From contig OZ374562.1 in assembly GCA_977862235.1 (NCBI GenBank), positions 2,356,001 through 2,420,000 on the forward strand: a stretch of 64,000 nucleotides of DNA. Reading direction: 5' to 3'. A model generated the notes under the pieces. It was not told where the DNA came from. It made no database searches and was given only the letters and a program-made list of their open reading frames with translations. A program made the position numbers and the translations under genes. This document shows, piece after piece, positions 25,540 to 39,051 of this stretch. The DNA comes from Dudresnaya verticillata (Eukaryota). The number at the start of each line of letters is the position of its first letter. Within the stretch, counting starts at the first letter, position 1.

Positions 25540-26688
25540 CCCTCCATGAAAATATCATCAAGTGTTTCTCATTCCAGTATCGCTCTACCAGCCTCTATAC
25601 GAAGAGCTGGTAGGAGAGGAGCCCTTGCTTGCGCAGCACCGAAATGCAGCAGGAAAAGCAGGACATAACGCATCAGAAAATATTAGGGATGCTTTGACGG
25701 GTTGCGAGTGGCCTCTCACTTGATAAAATGGATGATATGGATCCCATGTCTCCCGAAAGCCAGGCCTACTACTTTTAGCTTGTTCTAAGAGCGATTTACC
25801 GCCGATATGGCCCAATGTATTTCAACCGCGAGCCGACCATAGAGGGACTGCGGGATATTGAGTGTGAATATGGATAGAAAGGGTTCTCAGGGTGCATCGG
25901 ATGCGTATATTGTACACACATCCACTGGAAGAAGTGCCCATAGCGCTGAAGGGACAGTACTATAACCCAAATGATTTAAACTGTCAACAATGAGCTGCGG
26001 AGCCCTTTCTCCGCGACAGAAAACGCTATTGCTGGCATTGGTTTTCGAAACGCTGTGGAACAAATAACGCATAACGATAGTCGATAACAGCCCTCTAATC
26101 ACTGATATTCTGTCTGGAAAAGGGCACATGACGTTGCCAGAAGGTTACGAGTTGAACGGAACCACGCGTTATGATCTACTGTACTACCTGGTAGATGGAA
26201 TATACCGTCACTGGGCGATTTTTGTGGCACCGAACCACGCATCCATCAACGACCGTGAGGAAAATATAATGCAGAACCAGGCGTCGATACGAAAGGATGT
26301 GAAACGACTCTTCGGGGCTCTACAAGGTCGTTTCAAGATACTACGAAACGAGCGGTTCGAGTGAAGCTATGAGCTAATTATCCTTATCAGCCAAGTGTGC
26401 TTCATACTACACAATATGTTGGTCGACGTGGAAAAGCGCGGAGAACTGAAGGAAGAGGTAGGATTCGGTGGCAGCTCTGCTAATATTGTCGAGGAGTTTG
26501 CAAGCGAAGTGGCGATATCCGTTCCGCATAGTAGTGCAATCTGTTCGCCGCATAGTAATGTAGAGCAAATGACAGGACTTGTATCTTCAGTAGAGAGACA
26601 GAAGCTCGTTACTAATGAACAAGCACACGTAAGCTTATGTGAGGCGCTATCTCACCATCTGCGGGTGAACAGAGGCAATCAACCTTAA
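25540..26688 (+). pseudogene. PIF/Harbinger transposase (Plant_tran type), disrupted
   Basis: GCIGCVYCTHIHWKKCP..LKGQYYNP, YYLVDGIYRHWAIFV, QASIRKDVKRLFGALQGRFKIL and CFILHNMLV, with stops and frameshifts. The start is approximate. Confidence 0.85.
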
Positions 26689-26690
26689 AT

Positions 26691-27870
26691 TCAAATCCAA
26701 ACCAGCTGGAAACCATTGCAAAATGTTCCGTTTGACCCACAACGCCGCCAAAACACCGCTAGAAACCTCCAGAACACTATACTGCCTCCAGCGGCTCGGG
26801 CTCCGCGCCAGAGGGGCTCCACGATTTCGCTCGCCGGCTCGAACAGGGTCTCCAGCTGCGCCGGCCTCTTCGCAAGCCCGAGAAAACTTTCAATGTCACT
26901 TCTTATTGAAGTGAGATTCTTTGACTGCTGGTATGACGATGGATTTCCAATTCGCGTGTGTGTACCTTGCGCGCGTGCTGTAGAAGCACCATGTCCTTCG
27001 GTGCTGTCCTTGACAGGTTGGATGTTAAGTATGGAAGAAAATTCTCCCAGAGGTGCCTCCTTCGCCATCAATGACTGCAGGGTTGCATTCAGATCCTCAG
27101 GCATCAGGAACATACGGTTGAGTATCTTAAGCTGCAAAGAGATAGACTCTGCTTTCTTCTTTGACGTAGCGGAAGACTTCAGCGCTTCGGTCCTAACATC
27201 AACGCTTCTTGCGACATTTTGAAAGTTCCGCTCCACCAAATCTTCCGCCTTCCTTTTATTAGATCCAGCCGGACGAGACGCAAGCGTTGTATCCGTTGCA
27301 ATGATTCCGGCGGCGCCGTAAATGCTCCTCTCAGACTTGGCGGCCTCCTCCTGGGATACAACCGGCCGATATCCGGGTGCAGTACGCTAGCCATGGCCAG
27401 CATTAGAACTGAACTTAGGGCAGGTAGGGAGCAAACGAACTGCAGGGAGAAAGCTAATCGGTACGGAAAGCTTGTCCTTTACCTTGTTCTTGTTTCGGTA
27501 TAGCAACATGACGTTTTTGCGAGTGTCTTCTTCTGTTTCCCCGAACTGTATGGCGGATCGATAGAAATTGTCGGCGGCTAGATACTTCCGTGAGACTTTG
27601 GTCAATGTTATCCAGCGCGACTGTAGGCTGCCTGCTGTGCTGTGGCGGGAACAGTCGGGCTGTGACTAGCAGTTATCGGATACAGTGGCCCAAAACGTCT
27701 CGGAATTTTGGTCTAGAATGGAGGAGGAAGCAGCCATCCACGAACTCGCAAGGGACAGTTCCTTGTCTGGGGAGGAGTTCTTCCCATGCTGTGGTCCGTC
27801 GGGCATCAGTGTGGTCATAGTAGAGCAGCGTTTGACGGGTGCAGAGCGAGATGTGGCGGGGTGTGGCACG
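26691..27870 (-). pseudogene. Convergent Myb/NAM-associated-like partner ORF of the Harbinger element
   Basis: KELSLASSWMAASSSILDQNSETFWATV fits the E..L...W...S....Q....FW pattern of Harbinger ORF2 proteins. It is tail-to-tail with the transposase and fragmented. Confidence 0.6.
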
Positions 27871-28315
27871 GGGGTCGTGGTTGCGGTTTGGGGTCACCGC
27901 GGATGCGGGAATGCTCTTGTCTTGCTTGCCTTTCGCCAACGGCAAGCTTCGGGACGAAATGAGCAAGCTAGCCAAGTGTCAGATCCGTACCCGGTTCTGA
28001 TGTGTGGGTCGAGATCCAAACTCCCTGCTAGATATGGACTGATTCCGCAGTCGATTTAGGACGGATGCCACATCAGGTAGGCATTTGTCATCTGATCGAG
28101 ATGCGATTTCTGCTTCTAGTTGCGGGCGCGTCGATGCGCCCAAGGCTGTCGCTGTCAAAGCGAAGCGGTGTGGGACAAAGGGCAGCGGCCCGATCGCCAT
28201 CTCACTCGGGTGCACCGAAGTGCCGTTGCACTCGATGTGCAACGGCACCCCAAAAGCGAGCGTCACTTTTGGCGTGAGCCTCCCGGCGGGAGCAACAGCA
28301 GCGGCTGATCGAGTA

Positions 28316-30613
28316 AAGGGGGGGTCGGGTAATTCTGGAACAAATAGAGGTTTCCAGACCGGTATCTCCCGTTCTAGAACCCCAATTCGGGTGGTCTCTT
28401 TTGCATATGAGTCGCAGATTTCTCTTTATTCAGCGCCGTGAGAATGAGCGCGTGAATATACAAAGCGCCTTTTCTGGGGATGTTTAACTACACAACAATC
28501 GCCCGGCGCATTCCCAACGCCAAGTGCGACAAAGATCGAACATTGGCGCCCCGTGGCCCATAAAACGCATCAAAAATTCCACACATTTCTGGCCACCACG
28601 TCAGCAAAACCGGGGCGCCACAGCGAGTACCATTTCAAACGTCCCCAACCTTCTGAGCACGCCCTCGAGCTGCAGCGCGGTGCTCCGCAAAGCTCCTCAG
28701 TTGGGCAGCGAAGTCTTGAGCAGACTTACCAGAAAGTTGAGCCATGCGAGCAATCCGTTCCCCCCTTACGCGTCTGCAGAACTCCACATGGGCCGCCTGC
28801 CGGCGCTCCGCGGCAATTATTTGCGCATTGTGCCCGCTCTCCTCTGCTGACCTTTTGCGTCGATCCGCGATTTGTTTTTCGCGAACCAGCTTCATAACAT
28901 GGGGAGCGGTCATTACAAACCGATTTGTCGTGTCCACATACCCGCTTGTTGTAATAACAGCATCCTCCCCCAATATCTTGGCTCGTAGTTCCTCGCTCCT
29001 ACGCATGAATGCCGACTCCAAAGCCTCCACGCATAAAATGGGAGCATTGTGTCCGTTCTCTTGCGGCCGCTTCACTCCCAGTAGCCTTGAAGCGTCCAAC
29101 GGCCAGATACCCGCCCTACGAAAGCTGGCTTTGATATTACTGCCAGTAAAGGAGATACAGTAAGCTTCTCGAAGCAGACTGCACATGTCAAAAATGTAAA
29201 GGTCTCGGCTTGCCAATACACACTCCGCAGTAACCTGGCTAAGCGCCCTCTTAAATGACGAAAACATTACCACGTCCAACGGTTGTGTTTTTCCGGACGT
29301 ATGGGCTGGTAATGCGTACACTATCACATTGTGCTGCCCCAGTATTTCAAGAACCTCCAACGAAAGATGTGCGCGATAACCATCGTAGATGAGAAGTAAT
29401 TTACCGGTTGCGGTTAGATGTTGGACGTGGTGGACGAATTTGTACGCCCACTTTCGAAAGTTGACCGTATCAACACTTCCATTCTCCTCACGGTATGCAC
29501 ATGTGGAATGTGCGGGTAGGTTGCATATGGGAGCTTCTGAAAATACCAAACCGTTCCGAAGTACGGTGCGACGGAACCTTCCTTCCCTTGAAAACGAAAA
29601 GAGGCGGAGCGGTATCTCCATTAGCACAGATGACAGGCATCATTGTAATACGATCCATCTTCTTAAAGTTTGCCAAGCGCATGTCTCGGGATCCGTTTCG
29701 TGGCATGAGACGGCGAGAACATGCCACTGTGATATCCCTCTGGGGCGTAACTCCGCTCTCGTCGAGGTTGAATATCCGGTTTGCGTCCAGTGCGTGTTGC
29801 TTGAGCAATTTCTCCAAAGTAGCGAAATGTGTTGTTAAAACCTCGCAGTTTACGGCTGCAAAACGTTTGGCTTCTTGACGCAACGGCTTGCACAAAGCAA
29901 GTCGCTTTTGGTGGCGCTTCCTGAAGTTCCGTAGGAAAGAAATGCGCGGTGAGCCGTTCTTGAAGGGCAGTAACAAACGCCTTCCTGAAGACATACCGTG
30001 GAAAACTATTTGAACAGCCTGCCGGAGGTGTTCTTGTGTCAACGGAATGCCTTGGTGAGCAAAGCGAAGCAGGAACTCCACGATGACTTGCTCTTCCTTG
30101 GGTTGAAGGGCAATTTTCCTGCCGGGCCTCGCTGAAGGCTTATCGATCGTCTGCTTCACACGGTGATGTAGGGTACCGACACTGACGCGGAAAGCAGCTG
30201 CCGCTGCTCGAAACGTTTGTCCTTCGTTCACAGCGCGAGCAGCAGCGGCGAGCCTGCGGTTGATTTCATTGTTTTGTCCCGGAGACATCGCAATTGCGGT
30301 AGCGTTTGTGCGCGAAACTTTCCTGCAGCCGGTGAGCAAAGGCGACGAGGGAGGGAACTGCGAGGGGGCAGCAGATGGCTTTTGCATCGCTTTGCATGAC
30401 CGCTCGCGCGCTGATTACGAAATGCGCGCCATTATACAAACTCAGCTTCGCGCCTCCATTGGGTAGATTTATTTTTTAAACCTTCCATATTGTTCGCCAG
30501 TAGGTGTCGTCCAAGTGAGAGTGGTGGTCGGAAGGTGAAGCCAGTCTGGGCTGACTGCCTCAAATTCAGCGTTCCATAACTGTCATTTGTTCCAGAATTA
30601 CCCGACCCCCCTT
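28316..30613 (-). mobile_element. pogo/Fot1-like (Tc1-mariner superfamily) DNA transposon, complete ends
   Basis: About 30-bp TIRs AAGGGGGG(G)TCGGGTAATTCTGGAACAAAT, with TA on both flanks (28314-28315 and 30614-30615). Confidence 0.92.
28635..30387 (-). pseudogene. pogo-type DDE_1 transposase with one frameshift (about 29575)
   Basis: N-terminal HTH (TFRAAAAAFRVSVGTLHHR), CENP-B-like HTH, and catalytic FNLDESG / LLIYDGYRAH / QPLDVVMF. Confidence 0.88.
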
Positions 30614-30615
30614 TA

Positions 30616-33600
30616 GCCAGAAGCGGCGCGCCGCCGGCAAGTGGGTGCGAGGCAGCGGCCTCGCCGAAGCTAGCCGCAGTGGCACCAGGCGCCCAAGACG
30701 GGCGCACAAGGGCAACCATTGTGGTCTCCCCCATGCCAAGGCGGCATGCTGCGCAGCGGCACCGGGGCGCCACATGGGATCGGCACGCTTGCCTATTGCA
30801 CCTGAGCAGCGGCTCACGCAAGCCCCGCGCCGAGACGACCGCTGTCGTAGCGCAGTGGCGATGCACGCGGGCTCGATGCGCGCGCGCGCAGCACTCACCT
30901 TGGGCAGCGGCCCGACGTGGTGAGCTGCTGCGCCGGCGAACGCTTTCGCCAAAAAGAAGTTCGCATCGACGCGGGCCGGAGCCATATCCCACCCCTTTCC
31001 CTTTGAACATATCTATAGACGCAGCGGCGTAACTGGAGTAAAAGGCGCAGCGGCGTTATAATCGCTGGGTGCCGCGGCGCCCGCGAACTCTATGCGTCGA
31101 TCGCATTATTGGGCAGCGTTGCCCCCGGCCCCCGCTTCCGGCTGAACAGTCGTCGACGACGCAAAGCCAGGGGCGGAGGGGTCATAGCCGGTCACCTGGG
31201 CCGCAGTGCGCGGCTGAGTTGGGGCAGCAGCGCCCGCCGCGGTACCCGACGCGTGGTACAACGCAGCGGCGCCAGCGGCAGCGGCCGCTAACCCAGCAGG
31301 GCGCACTTGCCCCACTGGGGGACCATACCCCTGCGGTACGTAGCCCGGGGGGACGGGCGCAGCGGCGCCCGGCTGCTGTGGGACTCCACTGCCCTGCACC
31401 ACCATCGACAGGGTGTAGCCGGAGGGCCCCCATGGGAACATATGGCCAGCGGGCCCGACGGCATAAGGCAGCATCGGTTGCTGCGCAGCCTGCGCTGGCG
31501 CATATGACGGAATAGGCTGCTGCGTCGGCGCCAGCGTCGGGGGCGGCTGGTACTCCTCTCGTGGCCGCTTGCCGAGGGACCCAACGACTGGGGATGAGCG
31601 GGCAGCGCGCCTCAGCTCTCCCTGCAGTCGTTGCGCATCGTGCGCAAACCTGTTCCGCTCGGTGCGGTAGCGGAGGGCGATGGCGTTCGCAGCGGCAAGA
31701 TCTTCATGCGTCCCCGCTAGATGGGCCGCAAAGGCGGCAACAAGAGTGCGCAGCGGCGCTTCCTCACCCAACTGTACCAGCGCAGCGGCGCGGTGCACGT
31801 TTTGGTCGCTCCAGAGGCTCACCGCCGCCGGCGTGTCGAGCGCATCGGTAGTGGGCGGCGGCACATAAGCGGCCACCGCCCTCGACGGCGGTGGGCCATA
31901 CCTCACCGCCTACCTCGACGGCGTATAGGCAGCGGGCAGCGGATCGACCGCTGCCTGCTTCTCCTGACCTCCACCCATGGCAGCGGCCGGGGGAGGTGGT
32001 GCCACAGCTCGAGGTGCCGGTTCCGCGACGCGTGGCACCGGTGGTAAGTAGGTCTCGGCCTCCGAGGACATAACGGCAGCGGCCGACTTGGATGCCCCAC
32101 CTATGCCCCGACGGACGCGCGGCCTAGCGGCCTGCTCGACGCGGGCCATGTCCGCCATCGAGGCGTAGCCACGATACTTCCGCGGCGCGCCCGCGTTGGA
32201 TCTTGTGAAAGCTCCCCGCCACCCGGTTGACCCCGCTAATGAACGCATCGACGCGTATTGCAAAGTGGCGGCGACGGGTGTGCTTCTCTCTGGCTGCGAC
32301 CACGAAGCGCGTCGTGTTCCGCAGCTGCTTGAACTCGAACGTAACCGAGGTGTTGTCCGGGCGTGCCGCGCCTCGGAGGCGTGGAAAGCCCGGGCGCCTG
32401 CTGCGCCACAGGACATCGAGGTACACCAAAATGCGGTCGTCGAGGACCCAGCAAATTTCCTTCGATAGGATGTCGGAGGCGTAGCGACGCTCCATCATAC
32501 TCGTCGGAGCGCCTAGCGAGGAGCTCTCGACGAACTGCCTCATTCCCCGCCGTGGCGTAGTGTAAATACCGCTCGATGCTGGGCCACGGGACGATCATGC
32601 CGACCGGCACGTCCCGGTGGGAATACCACTCCGCGGAGGGAAACCACGACGCGTTGAGCGCCGGGTGCAAGCTTGCACCCGTGGTGATGAGCCCATCACC
32701 GGGGGCGCGGCAGGTTGCCCAGTCCCGCTCCCCCATACACACCCCGAGGAGGCGGCGCACGCAGTCGGCATCGGCCAGACCTCGCGCCTCCTCCGGCGTC
32801 TCCTCGATGGGGACGTCCCTCAACCAGGCCAACGAGGCCGCGAGGGGTTTGTGGAACCCATCGACGGGTTTCACAGAAAGGGCTTCTGCGCCCTTATCCA
32901 AGATCAGCAGCTGCTTGATCGTGGTGACGAACGAGATGTCACACGGTAGGCCGTTTGGTACGAGCCATACCGGCGATGCGGGCATGAAGGCGTTGTAGGC
33001 AGCGGCCCCGCCATCATCGCTGGCATCTGCCACGCGCAGGAGACGTTGGACGTCAATCCTTTGCACGGGGCAACCGACGCCACTGGTCCAGCGGGATCTG
33101 GTGGCGCGGTGCCTCCCACGCGAAGACAGTGGGAGGCAATGAATCTGCATTGGGCACCGCGACACCGAGTCGCTGGGGCCCAATAGTCAGAGACGCCCCT
33201 CGCATGGTGATAAACGGCAGAGGGGGAGCCACGGCAGCGGCCGATGACGACTCGATCGCAGCGGCCATGTTTGTGCCAGGGGCGGTCGACGCCCCTGCAC
33301 CGGGGTCGCCTTGCGCCGATGCACTAAGGCCCCGGCGGGGCACAAATGGAGCCGCCGCAGGCGGCATCCTGCCCCCCTTGACGCGGAGGCCGTCGACTAC
33401 CCCGTCTGGTCAAGGGCACGAGCCACGGGTGGCGCATCGACGCGCGGAGCAGTGAAGGGCACAGCGACCGGAGCCGCCTCCTCTGGGCATGGAGCGGCAG
33501 CGGCCGCTCCACTCCGGTCCAGGCCTCCCAATCCTGCAGCGGCGTGTCTTGGGTGGCCACCTCGACCTCCTCGTAGCTCGGCAGAGGTCGTGTCGCCTTG

Positions 33601-35096
33601 CCCCGAACCAGCGCAGCGGCTGCTGGCTCCGGGGGCACTTCGACGGGAGACGTGTAAACCGCAGCGGCGGGACGCATCTCCGATGTCTTGACGGGCGCAG
33701 CGGCGCCCGCTCCAGCTTTGACGGCAGCTGGTGGACCGGTATGCGCAGCGGCGCCGGACCCAGCCGCTGAAGCGGCCGCGAGGCCACTGGGCACCAAAGC
33801 CGCCACCGCAGCGGGCAGTGGGCGTGGCAGCGCAGCGGCGCTTTCTCCAGGCGCATCCTGCGCCTGGGGTTTCTGGGCATCCGCCACCGGTTCCGCCGGT
33901 GCAGCCGTCGATGGCGCACCAACGGCTGCCGGTGGCGTGGTTGCGGCGCCCCTTCGTCAGGGGCGCCCCGAGTGGCAGACGAGCGCGTCTTGGCCATAAC
34001 GCACGTCGACGTGGTAAATCGCGTCGAGCGAAGGGGGTGGAGACGTAGCACGGCACACACACACGACAGCGGTCACTGGTGTGCTGAAGCGTGTGGACAA
34101 AGGTGGGGTCGTGAAGAGCGATACCTGTGGAATACCCGCAACCTCCCCAGCGCCGACTACGCGGTGATCCTTATATGCGCAGCGGCGCAGACGGGCGGGC
34201 ACGCGCATACACCGTCGACGGGCGCGCGTGTCAATCACTGTCAACGGCCACTCTGGATTGCCATCGTGGCCCCGGGAAACCTCAACGGCCGTGAGCGGGG
34301 CGCTCACGCTTGAGGGGGGGCCGTGTAGTGTAGCTGTCAGCACACTATCAGCAGCGGCTGTAAGGTATGCTGGCAGCCCTGCACTGTAATTGTGCACACG
34401 ATGACGTCCGCTGGCGGGTCGTGGTTGGGCAGCGTGCCCTTAGTTTTTCGTTGATTTAGTAGCGGTCGACCGCATTGCTGCCGGCAGCGGCCGCGCACCG
34501 TGCCGCACACGGCGCGCCCCTGTGACGCTCTCCGGCGTCGAGCCGTTGAGAGGGCCGCTGCCCGTTACGCCCCGCTCGCGCCCACGGGTAACCGTGACCC
34601 GGACGTGTCGACACTTGTATGGGCGCGCGGTCGCACACCTCCCGAGTTGGTGTTGTGGGGCGCACCTACTGTAGAAGTAGTCGTAGTGCACATAGTGTAG
34701 GGTATTTAAGACCGTCGGCCATCGACGGCTCAGTAAACCGGGCAAGCAACAGCTCGCGCTGAAGCTTGCCCCCAGCCTTTTCGGGTTCGATCCCTTTGCC
34801 CTACGCCAGCGGGCTGTTTCCCTTTTTCCCCTTGCCTCGCTAGGCTTTCCCCTTTCCTTTTCCTTTTCGTCGGCTTCGTGCCGCCCTTCGACAGGGACGC
34901 TGGGATCCGGCCGCTGCCTACCCGCGTACGGTACGCCCCGTGCACGCTCCGGCATCGACGCCGTCGATCCGCACCTGCGGGACGCACGCGGCCGACACCG
35001 CTCTACCAACTCCAACAGCTACCCATAGACGGGTCTGTGTGGTGGCTTCGGACCAGCAAGTATCAGACGTCGGATCGAACCGACGTCTATACTACA
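30616..35096 (+). mobile_element. 3' part of a family-B LTR retrotransposon (spacer, antisense accessory ORFs, PPT, 3' LTR); gag-pol absent
   Basis: PPT GAGGGGGGG (34312-34320) lies just before LTR 34324-35096 (TGTAGT...ACTACA). The GC-rich internal region probably resumes left of the pogo insertion (about 28070-28313). Confidence 0.75.
31106..33887 (-). pseudogene. Frameshifted antisense accessory ORF(s) of the family-B element; homologue of the 40007-41692 ORF
   Basis: Overlapping minus-strand ORF pieces (33324-33887, 33053-33367, 32236-33183, 32124-32543, 31910-32416, 31106-31906). The globular core is RRLLGVCM...LNASWFPSAEWYSHRDVPVGMIVPWPSIE, with Ala/Pro-rich ends and a coiled-coil-like segment. 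Confidence 0.6.
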
Positions 35097-36206
35097 ACCA
35101 CATTCATCACATTCGTGAACAGCAACTACTACGTGAAGATCGTGACAAATGCCGTGATTATTCTATCTCATCGACTGTATCTTCCGTACGCGATGGTGCC
35201 GTTCCCGCATTGTCCCAAGATATTCTTCCCTACATTCAACGAAAATTGCGCCACGACCGCATGTCCCAGATGACTGCTCAGCATAGCTCTCGTGCCCTAG
35301 TACGGCAACATTTTATCTATACTGTCAACGCTAGCCGCGCTTTCAGTGCCCTCCCATGCGCATCTTCTTCTACCCGCGTGTAACCCGACATAGGCCTCAC
35401 CATGTTCAGACTCAGACTGGGTGTCGCGATCTTCTGTGGTGATCGCCCATGTCCTGTTTGTCTCCATGGCACACCCGCTGAAGTTTCAATCCTTGATATC
35501 TTTGGACATCATGCGAATCCTTGATATCTTTGGACATCATGCGACAATCTGTCGATCTGGAACTGGCAGCATTCGCCGCCATGATACCCTCCGAAATCAG
35601 CTTGGGGCTTTCTTTCGTAATACTGCTCGGAACCATGGCGATGCTGTTCAGCTTGAACGTAACGTTTCTTACCTAGAGGAGACTGGGGCTTCCCGAGTTG
35701 TGACGTCCTCTGTACGCACTGATTTAGAACCGAGTCGCGGTGCCCGTCAATTACAACGTGCAGCAGACCGTTTCGAAGAAGACCGACATGACCATCTTCG
35801 TATGGATCTCTATGTAGATGACACTGAGTTTACCCCCCTCCCGCAAGCGTTTGACGTCTCTGGGGTGACCCCACACCATCCAACTACACGGTCCAACACG
35901 CCTCGCTCTCAACATCAAGCTATTCACCGCCACGAGCAAGCGAAAGCCCGTCATTATCGTCGCTTATGTTCTACCAACCGGATAGATCCCCATCCTATGG
36001 TGATGGACATCTATGGTGCCATTGGTTCTGGGTTCGATCGAGGCGCTCAGCGCGTGGCGAATTTCCTAGCCACTGTGAAGGGTACTTCGCCGATATCTGA
36101 GAAACTATCTCTTCTCACCCACCTCACCTCTCTTGTACTTCAATATGTCGCGGTGGCTGTTAACTGCCGTTTACTTTTCGACCGTCGCCTTTCAGATGAG
36201 TTTTAG
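35097..36206 (+). pseudogene. 3' fragment of an RLE-type (CRE/R2-like) non-LTR retrotransposon
   Basis: LDIFGHHATICRSG..IRRHDTLRN (zinc knuckle plus RH), RMDLYV, AFDVSGVTP, HEQAKARHY and PMVMDIYGAIG, which is the restriction-like endonuclease signature. Confidence 0.8.
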
Positions 36207-36867
36207 GTAAGCCCCCTTACGGGTCAGTAGTCTTTCTTATGCATAAAGGTCTCCATCTCTCTAGTTATTACAGTATGTGCTTGTATTCTCCCTTACGTAC
36301 TTAGTGTCGTTCAACTTGGGTAGATATAGAGGACTTCGAGCGAAGTCAATCTGGCCCAGCCTTGGCCGGAGATTATAAATGGGTGGTCAAGATAGAGTAG
36401 CATATAGTGTCAACTGTCACTGAATATTGTCAGTAGTTGCATTCAATTCCACGTTCGTGTGGAGGATGAAACTCAGTACAAGAACTATTCCGACGTCAGC
36501 AACAAAGTAAAGAAAAGCCAACGATTATAAAACAGAACAACAACCAAACAATCGAGGGAACTAGTCTAGCACACGCTACAGACCGGAGACGGTGCAACGC
36601 TTTGCGTTTGCAACTAATGGAAGACAATTTCAAAGAACCACGGAACACTCAACTAGTGTCTACGTTTGAATCAACCTCCGCTACCATTGGAATCAGTTGC
36701 TCCGCCCTCAGTCAGCTCTTTTGAGAGCCGTTCCGAGCGTGCAGCTCTTGCACTCGTGCTAACCGAAGCAGCCCTTTTGAGGGCCGTTTATCGACGAACA
36801 CGTGTGGATCCTAACGGTTACAGTGCCGTAAAGGTCTGCATTTTGACAGTTATAACTCTCCTGCGAT

Positions 36868-39051
36868 TTGGCAGCTGCACAGGACAAATATTGCTACGCA
36901 ATGACAGACCAAGCCAACAAGGAAGGCCCGTCTTCAGCTGGGAACGACGAGAACTTCGTCGATACTCATACAGAAGCTAATATCAGTATTCTTCCGGAAC
37001 CTGATGACTTAGGTGACCCTGAACCCCTACCGCCAAACGCCAGCAAGGCGGATGAGAAGGTATTTCGTGATGCAGTGGCTACCTATTCAAAGGAGATGCT
37101 TGATTCCTTTTTGGACTCCAAGCTGTACGGAGAAGAGCTGTGGCTCGATTTCACCTCAACATTTCGTGAGCACGCTATTAGACACATGCCAAGAAATACG
37201 ATGCATAAATGGGTTCAAATGCTTACTGAACGTGGCGTTTATGTTAAGAAGAAGCAAGGTTATGCAAGAAACAGGGCATTGACAGAGTGTTTGAAGCAAG
37301 ATAGTTTTATTCCAATGAGCGCGGAAAAAGGTCCAGTTCAGAATGGCAATGTGCCAACTAGCTCAGTTGCAGACCCGCTGACTTATCGTCCACGTACGGA
37401 AGCTGATGCAAGTACTGTTGTGCGCGATAGATCAGAAGGAGCTAACGAAGACCATGGACGTGTTACAGACGCGAAGCGGGACTCTCAGGCGCAAGATAAG
37501 TTTCCAAAGGGTGGTGCTGAAGATGGTTATGGTTCTGGTGCTATCAGTGACAGAGCGGAAAAGGTCAATGGTACCCCGAGCGCGGGTAATATTGAAAACG
37601 TTCATCAGGATACTTTGGAATACCGCAAGAGGTCTAATTCACTCGGAATCACCGGATTGATGAAGTCTTTCCAGGGCAGAAAGCAATATTCCGGCGGACT
37701 AGATGAAGATTTGCACGGCACACTTGAGTTGTACGAGACTATGTCACGTGTGTGTAGACTGACCGAAGAAGAAAAAGCGGAGGCACTACCGATCATGCTT
37801 AAGGATGATGCCCTGACTTTCTACATGAGTATATACAATGTGGATGACTCTTACCAGAGCATTTCGCAGCGACTTATTGACAACTATATGAGCAAGGAGC
37901 AGCGCAATCGCGCTCTTGTATTGTGTCAGTCGATGAAACTCTCTCACGCTATGCATGAAGAACCGAACAAGAGTGAGCTGGGAGTTTTTCGCGCGTTTTC
38001 CCATCGTCTCTCACAATTGCAGCGTCAATTGGACTCCGTCTACCGTAAGGACCATTTTCTACGAGACCAATTGGTTCTCTCTGCAGATAATACGCAAATT
38101 GCGCAATCAATGCGAGAAAGAGTACCAACATCCTCACAAGATGTTCGAAACCGTATTGCGACGTTTCTATCAAACGAACCACGTTCGGCCGGTGGTTTTG
38201 TAGTCTCCCAAACAGATTTTCATGCCGCTCATTACACAACTGGGCAGCGATTCGGCGGAGCTGCACGCAAACCGGTGAAGGGTACATATGGCCGCAGTAA
38301 GCCGCAAAGAGGAAGGTTATCATCTAGATGGCTAGCTGGACACAAGGGCTGCTACGTGTGTGGAAAAGATCATCTTGCCCGAACTCGCCATTCTAAAGCT
38401 GAAGTATCTGCAGGGATTGAGAAGCTACGAAAGAGGAACCCCATGGCACTTTTGACTGTGGAAGACCTTGCTCTTATTGCTGAAGGATTGACGATTGGAG
38501 ATTCTGAGTCAGATAGCGAGGATGAAATTGTCATGTCAGACGAGGAAGAGAGTGAAGATGACACCGCTCATATCGTTGAAGATTGCCACGAAGATGACAT
38601 GAGTCTGCATAAGAATGAGGAGGCACATTTAGCGAACGTGTCATTCCTTCATGAAAAAACGTTTACGAAGGACCTCGACATGCAGTTGGCAGCAATGCAT
38701 GAGGAGTTGAGAAGTGGCGAACGAATCCCATTCAAGGGGTTATGTATTGACACACGTGCGAACCGCTCCTCGGTGACGGCTTACTCCCAGTACAAGCCCT
38801 ACTGCGAAGAGTTCCAGGTTCCATGCCAGATTGATCGCTGTGATACCAGAACTCTACGAGGAATAGGAGGAAAGAGCAAAACCGTTGGAACTGCAACCAT
38901 CCCGGTCCCTTTCAGGGATTTAAATCTCGTTATCGACGTCAAGTTTCAGATAGTCTCGGATAATGTGCCAACATTGCTTAGCATGAAAGATATGCTTGAA
39001 AACGGTTTAGAGATCAGCATACAACAACAAGAGGTACTGTACAAGCACTAG
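36868..39051 (+). pseudogene. Copia gag-protease (5' part of the polyprotein)
   Basis: 727-aa ORF with zinc knuckle CYVCGKDHLARTRH and protease CIDTRANRSS (DTG mutated). A premature TAG lies just before the Gypsy insertion. Confidence 0.85.
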
